DNA of 32,000 bases, from contig NJBF01000030.1 in the NCBI GenBank assembly GCA_003144275.1, forward strand, positions 25,586 to 57,585. Direction: 5' to 3'. Below are positions 18,396 through 27,981 of the stretch, in pieces. The notes under the pieces were generated by a model. The model saw only the letters and a list, made by a program, of their open reading frames with translations, was not told the DNA's origin and did not search any database. Numbering within the stretch: position 1 is the stretch's first letter; every line of letters starts with the position of its first letter. This DNA is from Candidatus Heimdallarchaeota archaeon B3_Heim. GTDB taxonomy: Archaea > Asgardarchaeota > Heimdallarchaeia > Hodarchaeales > Hodarchaeaceae. A program made the position numbers and the translations under genes.

Positions 18396-18977
18396 ATGAA
18401 TAAGAAAAAAAATTCCTCAAAAGAGGAAAAACAACTTAAGAAGGTTAAAAAGAGGAAAAAACAGATTAATTTTTTGTTAACTGAAGAACAGGAGAATGTC
18501 CTCGATGATTTGGTTGAAGAATATTCTAGAAATCGAACAGACTTTTTTGTTACAGCCATCAACTTCTTTAAGCATAATCCAGAGCTGTATGGAAGAGGAA
18601 AAGTAGCAATACCTACTGAATCTATTACTAAAAAAGATTTAGAGGAACTAGAAACCAATTTATTTGAGAGACTTCAATATCAGATCCAGACCCTTCAAAT
18701 GATGACTCAATCCATTGTTGATAGAGAGGAAACAGAAGAGAAACAAGAAAAACTTACAGAAATTGAGCAGACTCTCTTTAATTTTAAAGGGTTGAAACGG
18801 TTAGATACGTATGATAAAATTGAGGGATTTCTGACAAAACAATTTCCTCAATGGGAAACAGAACTGACTGTAGAGAAAATCTATTATGATTTAGTAATAA
18901 AATTCCTTCAACAAGGAGATGTTATCTATAACACTCGCACTAAAAAGTTAAAATGGAGTGTGTCAACTGATGACTAA
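18396..18977 (+). CDS. Ribbon-helix-helix (CopG-like) regulator with coiled coil and possible winged-helix C-terminus
   Basis: KKQINFLLTEEQENVLDDLVEEYSRNRTDFFVTAI is an RHH pattern. AAGGAG SD. Overlaps the integrase start. Confidence 0.7.
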   Translation: MNKKKNSSKEEKQLKKVKKRKKQINFLLTEEQENVLDDLVEEYSRNRTDFFVTAINFFKHNPELYGRGKVAIPTESITKKDLEELETNLFERLQYQIQTLQMMTQSIVDREETEEKQEKLTEIEQTLFNFKGLKRLDTYDKIEGFLTKQFPQWETELTVEKIYYDLVIKFLQQGDVIYNTRTKKLKWSVSTDD

Positions 18978-19914
18978 AAGGAGAAAACTAAATTTTGCTA
19001 ATCCTCTAATAGAGGAATTTATTCAAGCAAAAAAATCAGAAAGACGACCAAGCACACTTAATCGTTATCGGTATGTGTTGTATGAATTTGACAGGTGGTT
19101 ACAAGCGCGTGGAAAATCCCTCTCAAGTATTCTCGTTGAAGATTTAGGTAGCTTCATAGCAGAGAAACAAGAGAAAGGTCTTTCCTCAAATACCGTAGTA
19201 GTCAAACTATGGGCAATTAAGGGTTTTGCTAAATGGTTGTGGTATAGAGACAAGTTAACAGAGAAAAATCACAAAGCATTTGATGAGTATTATCCTGACC
19301 TTCCCAAAAATGAGGATACTCGAAGTGCGTTGAAACCACAAGAGGAAAAACTCATCCTAAAGAAATTAGGGAATCAAATGTTTCGAATGATGTTTTGGGT
19401 AGGGAACAATTATGGGCTTCGGTGCTCGGAATTTTCAACTTTAATAGTGCAGAATATTGATCTAGAGAATCAAAAACTTCAAGTTCATGGAAAAGGCAAT
19501 AAATACCGAAGAGTAGGGATTCCTAAGGGACATATTCAGACATGGCAAGACTGGCTGACTACTAGAGAGGCGTATCACTTACCCCATGACCATGTGTTCT
19601 TCAGTAGCAATGGAAAACCAACTCACAGGACAATTCAACGCTACTTCAATAAAATGAGTGAACAGGTGTATCCCCTACCTGAGGGGATTTCGAGGGATGA
19701 AGTAATGCAGTTCAAGAAAGATAATTGGTTTACTCCCCACATCTTGAGATTTACCTTTGCTACAAAATTATACCTAGGTGGGATGCCATTATTAGATATA
19801 TCGAAGGCACTAGGACACAATTCCATTCGGACAACCCAAATCTATCTCCGCATTGACGAGCAGAAAGCCCATGAAAGCTATCTAAACAATGCTGAGAAAA
19901 TTCTAGGGAGTTAA
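18970..19914 (+). CDS. Tyrosine recombinase / integrase (XerC/D-like)
   Basis: N-terminal SAM-like domain and a full catalytic set: R (GLRCSE), K (GKGNK), HxxR (HILR), H (LGH), Y (TTQIY). ATG 18970 overlaps the upstream gene. Confidence 0.95.
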   Translation: MTKRRKLNFANPLIEEFIQAKKSERRPSTLNRYRYVLYEFDRWLQARGKSLSSILVEDLGSFIAEKQEKGLSSNTVVVKLWAIKGFAKWLWYRDKLTEKNHKAFDEYYPDLPKNEDTRSALKPQEEKLILKKLGNQMFRMMFWVGNNYGLRCSEFSTLIVQNIDLENQKLQVHGKGNKYRRVGIPKGHIQTWQDWLTTREAYHLPHDHVFFSSNGKPTHRTIQRYFNKMSEQVYPLPEGISRDEVMQFKKDNWFTPHILRFTFATKLYLGGMPLLDISKALGHNSIRTTQIYLRIDEQKAHESYLNNAEKILGS

Positions 19915-19916
19915 AA

Positions 19917-19951
19917 CTCTTCTTTCTTTTATCCTCTTCTTTTTTTTATTT
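19917..19951 (+). terminator. Oligo-T/pyrimidine tract after the integrase
   Basis: CTCTTCTTTCTTTTATCCTCTTCTTTTTTTTATTT immediately after the stop codon, typical of archaeal terminators. Confidence 0.5.
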
Positions 19952-21239
19952 AACTACCTTTTCTACTCATAAAACTTGATTAGAATCGTATTCAAACATT
20001 TGAATACAAAGGAGGAAGTTTCTCCCCACTGATAAAGCTTAGAATACACAGGAGAAAGACTTTTTTAATAGATATATCGTAAGAAGTGAAAAAATAGATG
20101 TTTTACAAGCATCCTAACTCTTTTGAAGGCAAAGAATGAAATTCCAATCATTTTTACTGAAAAATTTTTTATTTTTTGAGAATACTGTAATACAAAAATA
20201 CACAATGAGAACTGTGCGTTGCATTTAAACACATCTAAGTCCTTTTCTTAATATCTGTATTGTGCGAAAATATTCTTACAACATTTTTCACTTTCTTAAG
20301 TCATTTCAAGGGCTATCGGTTTCGATTTTGGGTGAGAATTACTTTTAATTCCGCTGAATCTATTTTTTTTATCACCCCTATCTATAAAGTGAGAGTTATA
20401 TCGTTAGTAACGCCTTCAATGTTATAGATAACCTTTACTTTCTCCATAGATATGTATTCACTTCCTCTAAAGGTTATTCGTTCGTTGGAATGATTCAGTT
20501 TAACTGTCTTTTCATAAATCTCCTTTGTAAAATGGTAAGCAAAGCCCACGGAATATTAACCTTTTTTGCTATCTTTTAGAGAAGAAATATAGATTGTCTA
20601 AGAAGTTAAGGGCTTAATCTCTCATGTCTTGAATAACTGATTGATTCATTTGTTTAAAAACCACTCGAAGAAGTCTTTGAATCTTTGTTTTTCTTTAGCT
20701 CATCTAGCTCAGGAGAGAAATTCTCAGTTTGGGAATTCTGGGTTTAGTTACCGTTCGGAGTGATCTTATATCTTGATTTTTCAATTGAAGGTTATCAGTA
20801 ATTTTTTGGTTTTGTTTTCTTTCCGCTTTAAACTCCTCCTCCAGTTACATTAAAGTTTTTTATGCATTGGATGAGTTTATGTTTTCTGACTGTTTGAATT
20901 AAATAGATTGTTTGCAATCGCACGTGACCGTAAGAAAAAGAAAGAATCGTTAAAGACAGGAAATAGCTACTTGTCAATAATAGGTTAAAGGGATATACCG
21001 CAAGAGGGAAACACATACAGATAATGCTTGATTTACTAAATCCTTTTCTTAGACCAGAAATCGGTCTACTGAGTGAGAAGGTTTTTTCTGTTACATACTA
21101 TTTCTCAGGGCATTCTCAGTGTAAACATTACATCACAACTTGATTCGTGAAGCTATTGTGCAATTACTTCAATAAAGCATCAACCATTGAAAGGTTTTCT
21201 ACCTTTTTTTTTAGTCACTAGGATCCTGGGTATTAGATG

Positions 21240-23219
21240 TTATCGTTTCTTTCTTTGCTTTCTAGTAAATGCTAGTGCCATTATTACTAATGTTCCCAAA
21301 GTATTTACAGACCTCATTCCTATTGTGGGTTCTGATGTGATTGTTTCTCCAGAAGTAGTTGTGGTTTCTGTGGTAGTTTCTGTAGAAGTATCTGTACTTG
21401 TGGTTGTACTTGTGGGTTCTAATTCTTCTTGATATAATTCGATTGCTATGGGATTTAACAGCCCATTTTGTGTAGTAGTAACAGCAACAGTCCATAATCC
21501 TGCTTCACTGATATTAGCAACCACAGCGTAATGTGTGCCATCCTGATAAGTTTGCGTTTCCGCACTTTGTCCATCTTTACTCACTGTAACAGAACCCACA
21601 CCATCGCGCCAATAGATTATTATGGAATTCTGACTCGCATTAAACTGCCACTGGTAAGTTTCTTCTACTCCTGGTTGGTGAAGTTTATTAATTGTGTGAG
21701 TCAGACTAGCGTCTTGCACAATATGAGTTCTAGCAGTTGATACTAGTGTGGAGGACATATTGAGATTACCAATCGTAATGGTAGGGGATTGAGCGAGTAT
21801 TCCAGCACTCCATGAAATAGCATTTTTAACTAAAATTTGAGAAGTACTTTCTCCTAACGTAGGATCGAATGTAAAAGTCACGGCCCTGTGGTTTCCTATC
21901 TCATATCGTAGAATAGCTGCTAACTTATCGGTAGATACTGCAGAAATCACTGCTGGTTTTAACAGGGCTTGAAGTTCAACTGGGAGAGGAATAATGAGAG
22001 TATGGTCAACAGTATAATCACCAATTGTAAAATGGATAGGGATTTCTAGCTCTGTTGGAGTATTCAAACGTGACTGGTACATACTAGCTAATAGCTCTGA
22101 AAGAGAATTCGTTATATTTTCCGCTATTTCATCCATGGTCTTTGCAGTAATATCAAATGTTGCAGTACCAGGGATGATGCCAACTGGATCACTACTCTTG
22201 AGATGATTGATGAAATTTCGAACACCTTCACGGAAATAATTTTTTAGTTGATTAACATAAGGTTTGGTAGCATTAATCGCGGTGGAGGCCATATAGAAGG
22301 GATATTGGAGTTGCCATCCAACCGTTGTGGTGTTATATTTCCCAAGAGACGGATCTTTTAAAGGATGTGTGAGGTCAATCGTGAAATCTTCTCCTAGACC
22401 TGACAGTATAGGGTCATTAAGTTCTTCTGCTACAAAGGAACCATTAAAAGGGACACCTATCGGACACAGCGGTAGACTCCATACAATAGGAGCATAATCT
22501 TTTGTGTTGGGATTACTATCCAAAACATCCCCTATTATCTCGCGTGCTTCTTCATAAAGAGTCATTAATCCCAGGCCAACCATGGAAGCAAGACTGGAAC
22601 GGTAATTATTCCGCAGTTGAATAGGATCTGGATTTTCAGTGAGATGTAGACGATCTATATGTCCATACGATCCAATGAATGTGCCTTCACTACTCGAACT
22701 GGTCTTGTAGCGCATATCAAACACTGAACCACCTAGAAGAATCAAGCCATGTCCTTCCTCAAGATAGTCATATAATGCAAGGCGCTCATTTTGATTTAGA
22801 CCAAAACGATCCCAAAGATCAAAGTTATGATTGGCTAAGACGATGACATCAGGTTGATAAGTTTCTAATTCATTGATAAAGTGGCTATCAGTCCATTGTA
22901 ACAAGCTATTTGTTGGAGGGATGCGATTAATTTCTATATTCACCTCTCCATTAATAGTATTCCAAAAAGTAGTTTCTATTGAGTCATTCACAGGATGAAT
23001 GTATAATGGATTTTGTACACCAGGTGTGATTGGATCTAGATCTTCTCGAAATTTGTCGATCCAAGGATCCTCTAGCCAATCCACTACTAAGACTTTGACA
23101 ACTGCTTTCGGTGAATTTATGATAGTAACACTTCCCTGAGATGATTCTCCCATATTTATTGCAATAATACTTGTACAAATTATTATCCCTAAAAAAATTA
23201 ACACGATTTTATACTTCAT
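21240..23219 (-). CDS. Secreted cell-surface protein with Thr-rich linker and C-terminal CTERM-type anchor
   Basis: Signal peptide MKYKIVLIFLGIIICTSIIA after a GAGGTGA SD (ATG 23219; the ORF track starts at 23237). C-terminus is a Thr-rich stretch, a hydrophobic segment and RKQRKKR. The N-terminal domain (YQPDVIVL...GHGLILLGG) looks class-I-GATase-like. Confidence 0.8.
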   Translation of the reverse strand: MKYKIVLIFLGIIICTSIIAINMGESSQGSVTIINSPKAVVKVLVVDWLEDPWIDKFREDLDPITPGVQNPLYIHPVNDSIETTFWNTINGEVNIEINRIPPTNSLLQWTDSHFINELETYQPDVIVLANHNFDLWDRFGLNQNERLALYDYLEEGHGLILLGGSVFDMRYKTSSSSEGTFIGSYGHIDRLHLTENPDPIQLRNNYRSSLASMVGLGLMTLYEEAREIIGDVLDSNPNTKDYAPIVWSLPLCPIGVPFNGSFVAEELNDPILSGLGEDFTIDLTHPLKDPSLGKYNTTTVGWQLQYPFYMASTAINATKPYVNQLKNYFREGVRNFINHLKSSDPVGIIPGTATFDITAKTMDEIAENITNSLSELLASMYQSRLNTPTELEIPIHFTIGDYTVDHTLIIPLPVELQALLKPAVISAVSTDKLAAILRYEIGNHRAVTFTFDPTLGESTSQILVKNAISWSAGILAQSPTITIGNLNMSSTLVSTARTHIVQDASLTHTINKLHQPGVEETYQWQFNASQNSIIIYWRDGVGSVTVSKDGQSAETQTYQDGTHYAVVANISEAGLWTVAVTTTQNGLLNPIAIELYQEELEPTSTTTSTDTSTETTTETTTTSGETITSEPTIGMRSVNTLGTLVIMALAFTRKQRKKR

Positions 23220-23293
23220 ATTAATATCACCTCTCATTTTCTTTTGTAGATCTCTTAACTGATTAATATAAGTGATTGTTTGTGATATTTTAT

Positions 23294-23372
23294 AATCCTT
23301 ATGGAAGGTAAATGGAATCCTTATAGAAGAAGGAGAATCCTTTTAGAAAAACAATGGAATCCTAATACTTGA
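23294..23372. repeat. Four phased direct repeats, consensus AATCCTTATAGAA
   Basis: Copies at 23294 (aatccttatggaa), 23316 (aatccttatagaa), 23336 (aatccttttagaa) and 23358 (aatcctaatactt); spacings 22, 20 and 22 bp. Confidence 0.75.
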
Positions 23373-23377
23373 TTATT

Positions 23378-23551
23378 ATGCCTAGAATCGCTGATAAACG
23401 AGATATACATTTACGATTGGAATTAGACACAGAGGAGCTATACAATGCCTTTCAATTAATAAAAAAGAAGAAGGGGATAAGAAGTAACACTGATATTTTA
23501 CGTTATTTAATCTTGGAAGAGGCTAATAGACTAATGAATGATCAAAAATGA
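23378..23551 (+). CDS. Small ribbon-helix-helix DNA-binding protein
   Basis: MPRIADKRDIHLRLELDTEELYNAFQLIKKKKGIRSNTDILRYLILEE fits beta-strand/helix/helix. ATG 23378 is preferred over TTG 23369. Confidence 0.7.
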   Translation: MPRIADKRDIHLRLELDTEELYNAFQLIKKKKGIRSNTDILRYLILEEANRLMNDQK

Positions 23552-23691
23552 AAGATTGGCTTTAAATAAGCTATTTTATAAAGAAAAGAAGTTACGTTAA
23601 GTCTGTAATTAGAATAATTACACTTCGTGCTGTTAGAAAAAGTTAGAAAATCAACTCGAGTAAAGTCCAAATATATTTAAAAATGTAGTAA

Positions 23692-24975
23692 ATGTTGGTA
23701 AAAATGCAAGATCCTCATAGGAACATTTTTTTCTCATATCAAGGGTCACGAAGGGACCAAACCATACAATTAGAGAACAATATTACTAAAGCACTGATAA
23801 ACACGCTAGAATATTCTTCACCTATAGTGGGAAGGGCTTTTGTACAAGAACTTGGTTTTGTTATTGATGATCAATCATTACAGTATGGCCTTCAACGGAA
23901 TCCTTTATCAGATCGTTCATTGGAACGAAATTTTCAAATGAAAGGTCTTATAGGGATTGTACCCGAGGAATACAAGCACGAATCCCCAGAGTTGCTCAAG
24001 GATAGTTTACCATCTCAACCTATATCTAGTGTTCCTGATGCCTGGATCTGGCAGGACAACAAATTGATTCTTGCGTTTGAAAATAAAATTAAAGGAAAAC
24101 TAGACAAGAATCAATTGAATGCTCATAAGAGCCTACTTAGTAGATCTGTCACTTACATTCTAAAAACATGGGAGGAATTAGCCAAATTTTTTGTCAAACT
24201 AATACCGAAGTTAGATCAAGGAAACCATCAAGAGAAGGTCAAAGATCTTTTTCTGATTGACCAATTTATCAAGTATCTAGAGATGAATAATTTGACACCG
24301 TTTTATGGTTTTTATCAGAGTGATTTCGACTTTATAGTAGGGGAAGACCTAGAGCAGAAAAGAATGGTTAAAAAAAGGTTCAAGAAGTTCATTAATGAGT
24401 TGTATCAGCAATTACCATCAAGATATATTCGCAAATTACGATACCATTACGTTGGTTCGCTTAAAGAACCACATTGTTGGGGAACATTTGCTAACAAACC
24501 GAAACATCTGCGAATAGATATTCCTCATTTCACATTTAATTTACGTCATGACGGTTTTTATGTTGGTGTGAACATTGAAGGAACAAATGCAGTAAAAAAG
24601 TTATATAATAGGCTTAAAATTAAACAGCAAAAATTTGAAGAATTGATAGATAGTCTTCCTAGTCAACAAAAAATCAAATTATATGTTTATCCGAGAGAAC
24701 ATATCCAAGTAAGTTTATACTACGACAGAACTCCCGTGATTTATGATCTTTCACAAAGTAACGGATTAACGACGATAGATGTTAACAATATTATTAAGAT
24801 GGCCAGACAAAGCATTCAACCAAATCAACCTAAATTCAGGTTTTATTTATGCACACATTACTCGCCTTCTGACTATAGGTTAAACGATCAAGAATTTATT
24901 GATCACATCAAAAAGGATTTAGATCTCTTCTGGCCTTTCTATTTATTTATAACACAAGATCATGGACAGAGTTGA
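23692..24975 (+). CDS. PD-(D/E)xK nuclease-family protein
   Basis: QLENNITKAL (helix Glu), VPDAWIW and AFENK form a PD-(D/E)xK triad; the C-terminal half is unassigned. Confidence 0.7.
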   Translation: MLVKMQDPHRNIFFSYQGSRRDQTIQLENNITKALINTLEYSSPIVGRAFVQELGFVIDDQSLQYGLQRNPLSDRSLERNFQMKGLIGIVPEEYKHESPELLKDSLPSQPISSVPDAWIWQDNKLILAFENKIKGKLDKNQLNAHKSLLSRSVTYILKTWEELAKFFVKLIPKLDQGNHQEKVKDLFLIDQFIKYLEMNNLTPFYGFYQSDFDFIVGEDLEQKRMVKKRFKKFINELYQQLPSRYIRKLRYHYVGSLKEPHCWGTFANKPKHLRIDIPHFTFNLRHDGFYVGVNIEGTNAVKKLYNRLKIKQQKFEELIDSLPSQQKIKLYVYPREHIQVSLYYDRTPVIYDLSQSNGLTTIDVNNIIKMARQSIQPNQPKFRFYLCTHYSPSDYRLNDQEFIDHIKKDLDLFWPFYLFITQDHGQS

Positions 24976-25029
24976 TGGAAAATATAGATGACCAATATTT
25001 TATGGACAATCATCTGTCTCTGAGATTGG

Positions 25030-25284
25030 GTGACATCATTGAATATATTTACACCTCCAACAGCGTTTATTAAACAAAATCTACTCTTTCTCAATACTAA
25101 ACTAAATGATGTATACTTAATTCCATTAGAAAATCAATTTAGTTTGGCCTATCATGCATTTAAAATTCAAGAATTTCTTTATCTATTAGAAAAAGAGTTA
25201 GAAGATAAAAGGAAGACAGGATTTGTTGAATGTTATCTTAGGCACCCAGTTAATAAAACTCCAAAAGAGCTTTTTTCTGCCTAA
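25030..25284 (+). CDS. Hypothetical protein
   Basis: 84-aa ORF with GTG start, co-oriented between two nuclease genes; no motif. Confidence 0.4.
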   Translation: MTSLNIFTPPTAFIKQNLLFLNTKLNDVYLIPLENQFSLAYHAFKIQEFLYLLEKELEDKRKTGFVECYLRHPVNKTPKELFSA

Positions 25285-25395
25285 TAATAGATATCATTTT
25301 CCAGTTTAGAAATGTTTAAACACATCGAATATTAAGTCTAAATCTTGAGCTGAAAATTTAAGAACTCTAATGTTCGATTAATTCTGCGTTCGGAT

Positions 25396-25965
25396 TTGGA
25401 GGTTGCAATGATGGGTGAAAGAGGAATTCCACCAATCCATATTGTTGAAAAGGAAATCGAAAGAATTTGGACACAAGAAATTAAACAAGATTTTCTACAA
25501 CGGAAAATCATGTATTTTGAAGTCACGCTACAAGGTGTTTTTTACCATCACTTTCGATCATTATTTGATAAATATCCACGATTAAGAATTTTCCTTGAGT
25601 ATAAAGATGATGAGTCAGGGCGGACATATGATTTAGTAGTGCAAAAATCACCCAAAAATGAGACTTGGAATCAACAAGACCATTGGATGAAGGATATTGG
25701 TGATTACTGGATTGTAATGGAGTTCAAATTTTTACCTAATTTTTTCGAAAAAGCAGCTCAAGAAGATATTGCTAAGTTTCAAGCTCTCAAAAAGCATCAT
25801 GAATCAATTCAACGGGTTTATTTTATAACCATTGAAACCAATGTTAATATTCTTCGCTATATTAACTATTGTGGACATTGGTTTGAGAAATTTTATCGCG
25901 AGGCGCGGGGAGTCCCAAATAATGAAGACTGGGACTTCTTCATCCTAAAACCCGAGGAGGAATGA
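25396..25965 (+). CDS. Restriction-endonuclease-like PD-(D/E)xK protein
   Basis: EVTLQ (helix Glu), TYDLVV, VMEFK and DIAKF pattern. The start may be ATG 25408 or 25411. Confidence 0.68.
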   Translation: MEVAMMGERGIPPIHIVEKEIERIWTQEIKQDFLQRKIMYFEVTLQGVFYHHFRSLFDKYPRLRIFLEYKDDESGRTYDLVVQKSPKNETWNQQDHWMKDIGDYWIVMEFKFLPNFFEKAAQEDIAKFQALKKHHESIQRVYFITIETNVNILRYINYCGHWFEKFYREARGVPNNEDWDFFILKPEEE

Positions 25966-26004
25966 GCTTATGCCATTTCCTAAATTACTTACGGTCGGAT
26001 AACA

Positions 26005-26430
26005 ATGAAAGAGGAAAAACAAATAGCTATTCCATTGAATATGTGGTTATCTATTGAAGAAATTGCTCAGCGAAAACAGCTCGATCCAAATGAATTCTTT
26101 GTATCAGTTCTGAATGAATCGCTTATTCCTTTCCAGATTATCGAATGCTCGACATGTGGAGACACAGGAGAAGCTAAAGACACTCAAATATGTGATTTCT
26201 GCGAAAATCGTGTGTGCTGTGGTTACATCAGCGGGGATGTAGTTGGGGATGACAGAGAGGATGTTGTTTGTTATAGCTGTCTATGTGATCCAAACACATG
26301 GGATGATCCTGATGACGCTTGCGAAGATCCATCAAGTATAGAATGTGGAGGATTAGTGGGGAGTATCATCGAAGGAGATTATGCCTTGGAAGTGACTGTG
26401 AATGTCCCCCCAAAAAATAAATTAAAGTAG
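26005..26430 (+). CDS. RHH-like N-terminus fused to an acidic Cys-rich zinc-finger-like domain
   Basis: KQIAIPLNMWLSIEEIAQRKQLDPNEFF, then C-x2-C-x11-C-x2-C-x4-CC-x16-C-x2-C; 11 Cys in total. Confidence 0.65.
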   Translation: MKEEKQIAIPLNMWLSIEEIAQRKQLDPNEFFVSVLNESLIPFQIIECSTCGDTGEAKDTQICDFCENRVCCGYISGDVVGDDREDVVCYSCLCDPNTWDDPDDACEDPSSIECGGLVGSIIEGDYALEVTVNVPPKNKLK

Positions 26431-26579
26431 TTGGATATAGTTCAAATTTGAGTGTAAATCTTGATTTAATTCCTTTACTAAACGTATCAAAATATGTCAT
26501 GGATTTCACATTGAAAAAGTCCCTATAAAGCACCCCAAAGGGATTAATAGGTGAGATCCCGAAGAATTTTCGAACCAAA

Positions 26580-27776
26580 ATGTCCTCGATAATCTTACCT
26601 GTTAGAAAATACATTCACGATTGCTTAAAAAACTTTCCATGGTCTTCTGATACACAATTCGAAGCCATCTGGGCCTACATTGACCATCAACTGACAGGAC
26701 GAGGGAGAGGACGACAGGCGTTGCTAAGGGCAGGAATGAGTGATTTCAGCGATCGAATTCTAGAATATCAACTCCGACAATCGAACTACTACCTGAAACT
26801 CCTGAATGAAGAAGTACAGACACGTTCCACAAATATTGATCGTAGACGGATTCATCAGCTCAGTCTTGATGACACGATGAACCAACGATTTGGGAAAAAG
26901 GTCTACGGAGCAGCCCATCAGTATAATCACAGTCATGGAAACGTTTGTCATGGGCAAACGCTGGTCGATCTCGTGCGTAGTACTGATCATGTTTTGGGGG
27001 TCGAATTTCAGCTCTATTTACCGAAGAAATACCTGCAACGTGCCAATGGGTCTTTAGACGGTTTTGAAACCAAAATTGAACAGGCTTATCAGCTGCTAAA
27101 AAAAGAAATTAGACAGCTCCGTCACCAGGGACTTGCACCATCAAAAATATGGACATCCATGGATTGTTGGTATGCCTGTGAGAAGCTAACCACACTTGTC
27201 CGCAATACAGGGACAAATTTTGTGCAAGGAATGAGAAAAGATGCCCTCTGCTACTGGTTTGGTCAGACTGCACGACTCGACCAGATCTTCAATCCCCACG
27301 ACAAGTGGTATTACAGGTCTGACCCTGATTCAGGGAGAAAAGTCTTTTTCCAAGAGAAAACTCTTAATCTCGTCAAACATGGGCGATGTAAAGTTTTTGC
27401 TCTCCGTAGAGGGGACGAAACTCGGATTCGTTATTATACAACAAATTCTCTCAAACTCTCGGTACAACAGCTGTTAGGTCGATTGAAGGTTCACTGGCGA
27501 GTAGAAACTATGCATCTGGACTTGAAAGAGCGTTTTCATTTAAATGGCTGTAATTCGGGGAAAGATGTGCTGAATACCATTCATTGGCAATTAAGTTACT
27601 TGATTTACTTTCTTTTTTGTCAGTATCAACATTTTCTTCGACTGGAAGGAGAAAAAATCACTCTTGCGCGTCTTCTCCTTCATTATCAATATCATTACGA
27701 TGAAATCCGTGCTCAGCGGTGTTTTTCCAGTCCTTGGCGGCGATTAAAACTCCAACAGCTTCTCGTGACATCTTGA
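26580..27776 (+). mobile_element. IS701-like (IS4 superfamily) DDE transposase
   Basis: LSLDDT, SMDCWY and HWRVETMHLDLK form the DDE triad. The ORF is intact and visibly more GC-rich than its flanks. Terminal repeats were not confidently located. Confidence 0.88.
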
Positions 27777-27795
27777 TGTGAATTCAATGCTAAAT

Positions 27796-27981
27796 AAGCA
27801 TCATTCACAAAAAAAGTGCTCTCTTTCCAGAAAAGATTCAAAAATATATTGAAGTCAAAAACGTATATACTGAAGTCAAAAACGAGATTTTTAAATTAAT
27901 GAAAGAAGCAGATGAAATTGCTGAAAGTATTAGAGATAAAATCAAAGAAAAATATTTCGTTAAAGAATATAAGGGAAATTA
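27796..27981 (+). pseudogene. Possible C-terminal gene remnant next to the IS
   Basis: Stop-free frame ISIIHKKSALFPEKIQKYIEVKNVYTEVKNEIFKLMKEADEIAESIRDKIKEKYFVKEYKGN* with no ATG until its second half. Confidence 0.35.
27845..27886 (+). repeat. 21-nt imperfect tandem duplication
   Basis: TATATTGAAGTCAAAAACGTA followed by TATACTGAAGTCAAAAACGAG; in frame it reads YIEVKNV / YTEVKNE. Confidence 0.7.

Noticed and set aside
16852-19826. Short minus-strand ORFs 16852-17094, 18326-18658, 19065-19253 and 19641-19826
   Set aside because: Antisense shadows of supported genes.
20084-20293. 10-bp inverted repeat AAGTGAAAAA / TTTTTCACTT about 190 bp apart
   Set aside because: Short and A/T-rich, so plausible by chance; nothing supports a MITE.
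20828-23178. ORFs 20828-21016, 21187-21432, 21262-21495, 21531-21740 and 22984-23178
   Set aside because: Most are shadows of the surface-protein gene (the Val-rich one mirrors the Thr codons); 20828-21016 lacks an SD and protein-like features.
23294-23372. Repeat cluster as a mini CRISPR array
   Set aside because: The units are about 13 bp with 7-9 bp gaps, far too short for CRISPR repeats and spacers, and no cas operon is present.
26492-27790. Exact IS terminal inverted repeats and target-site duplication
   Set aside because: Two alternative weak alignments exist (ATGTCA-centred and TTCACAT-centred) and neither gives a clean duplication, so the ends are not called.
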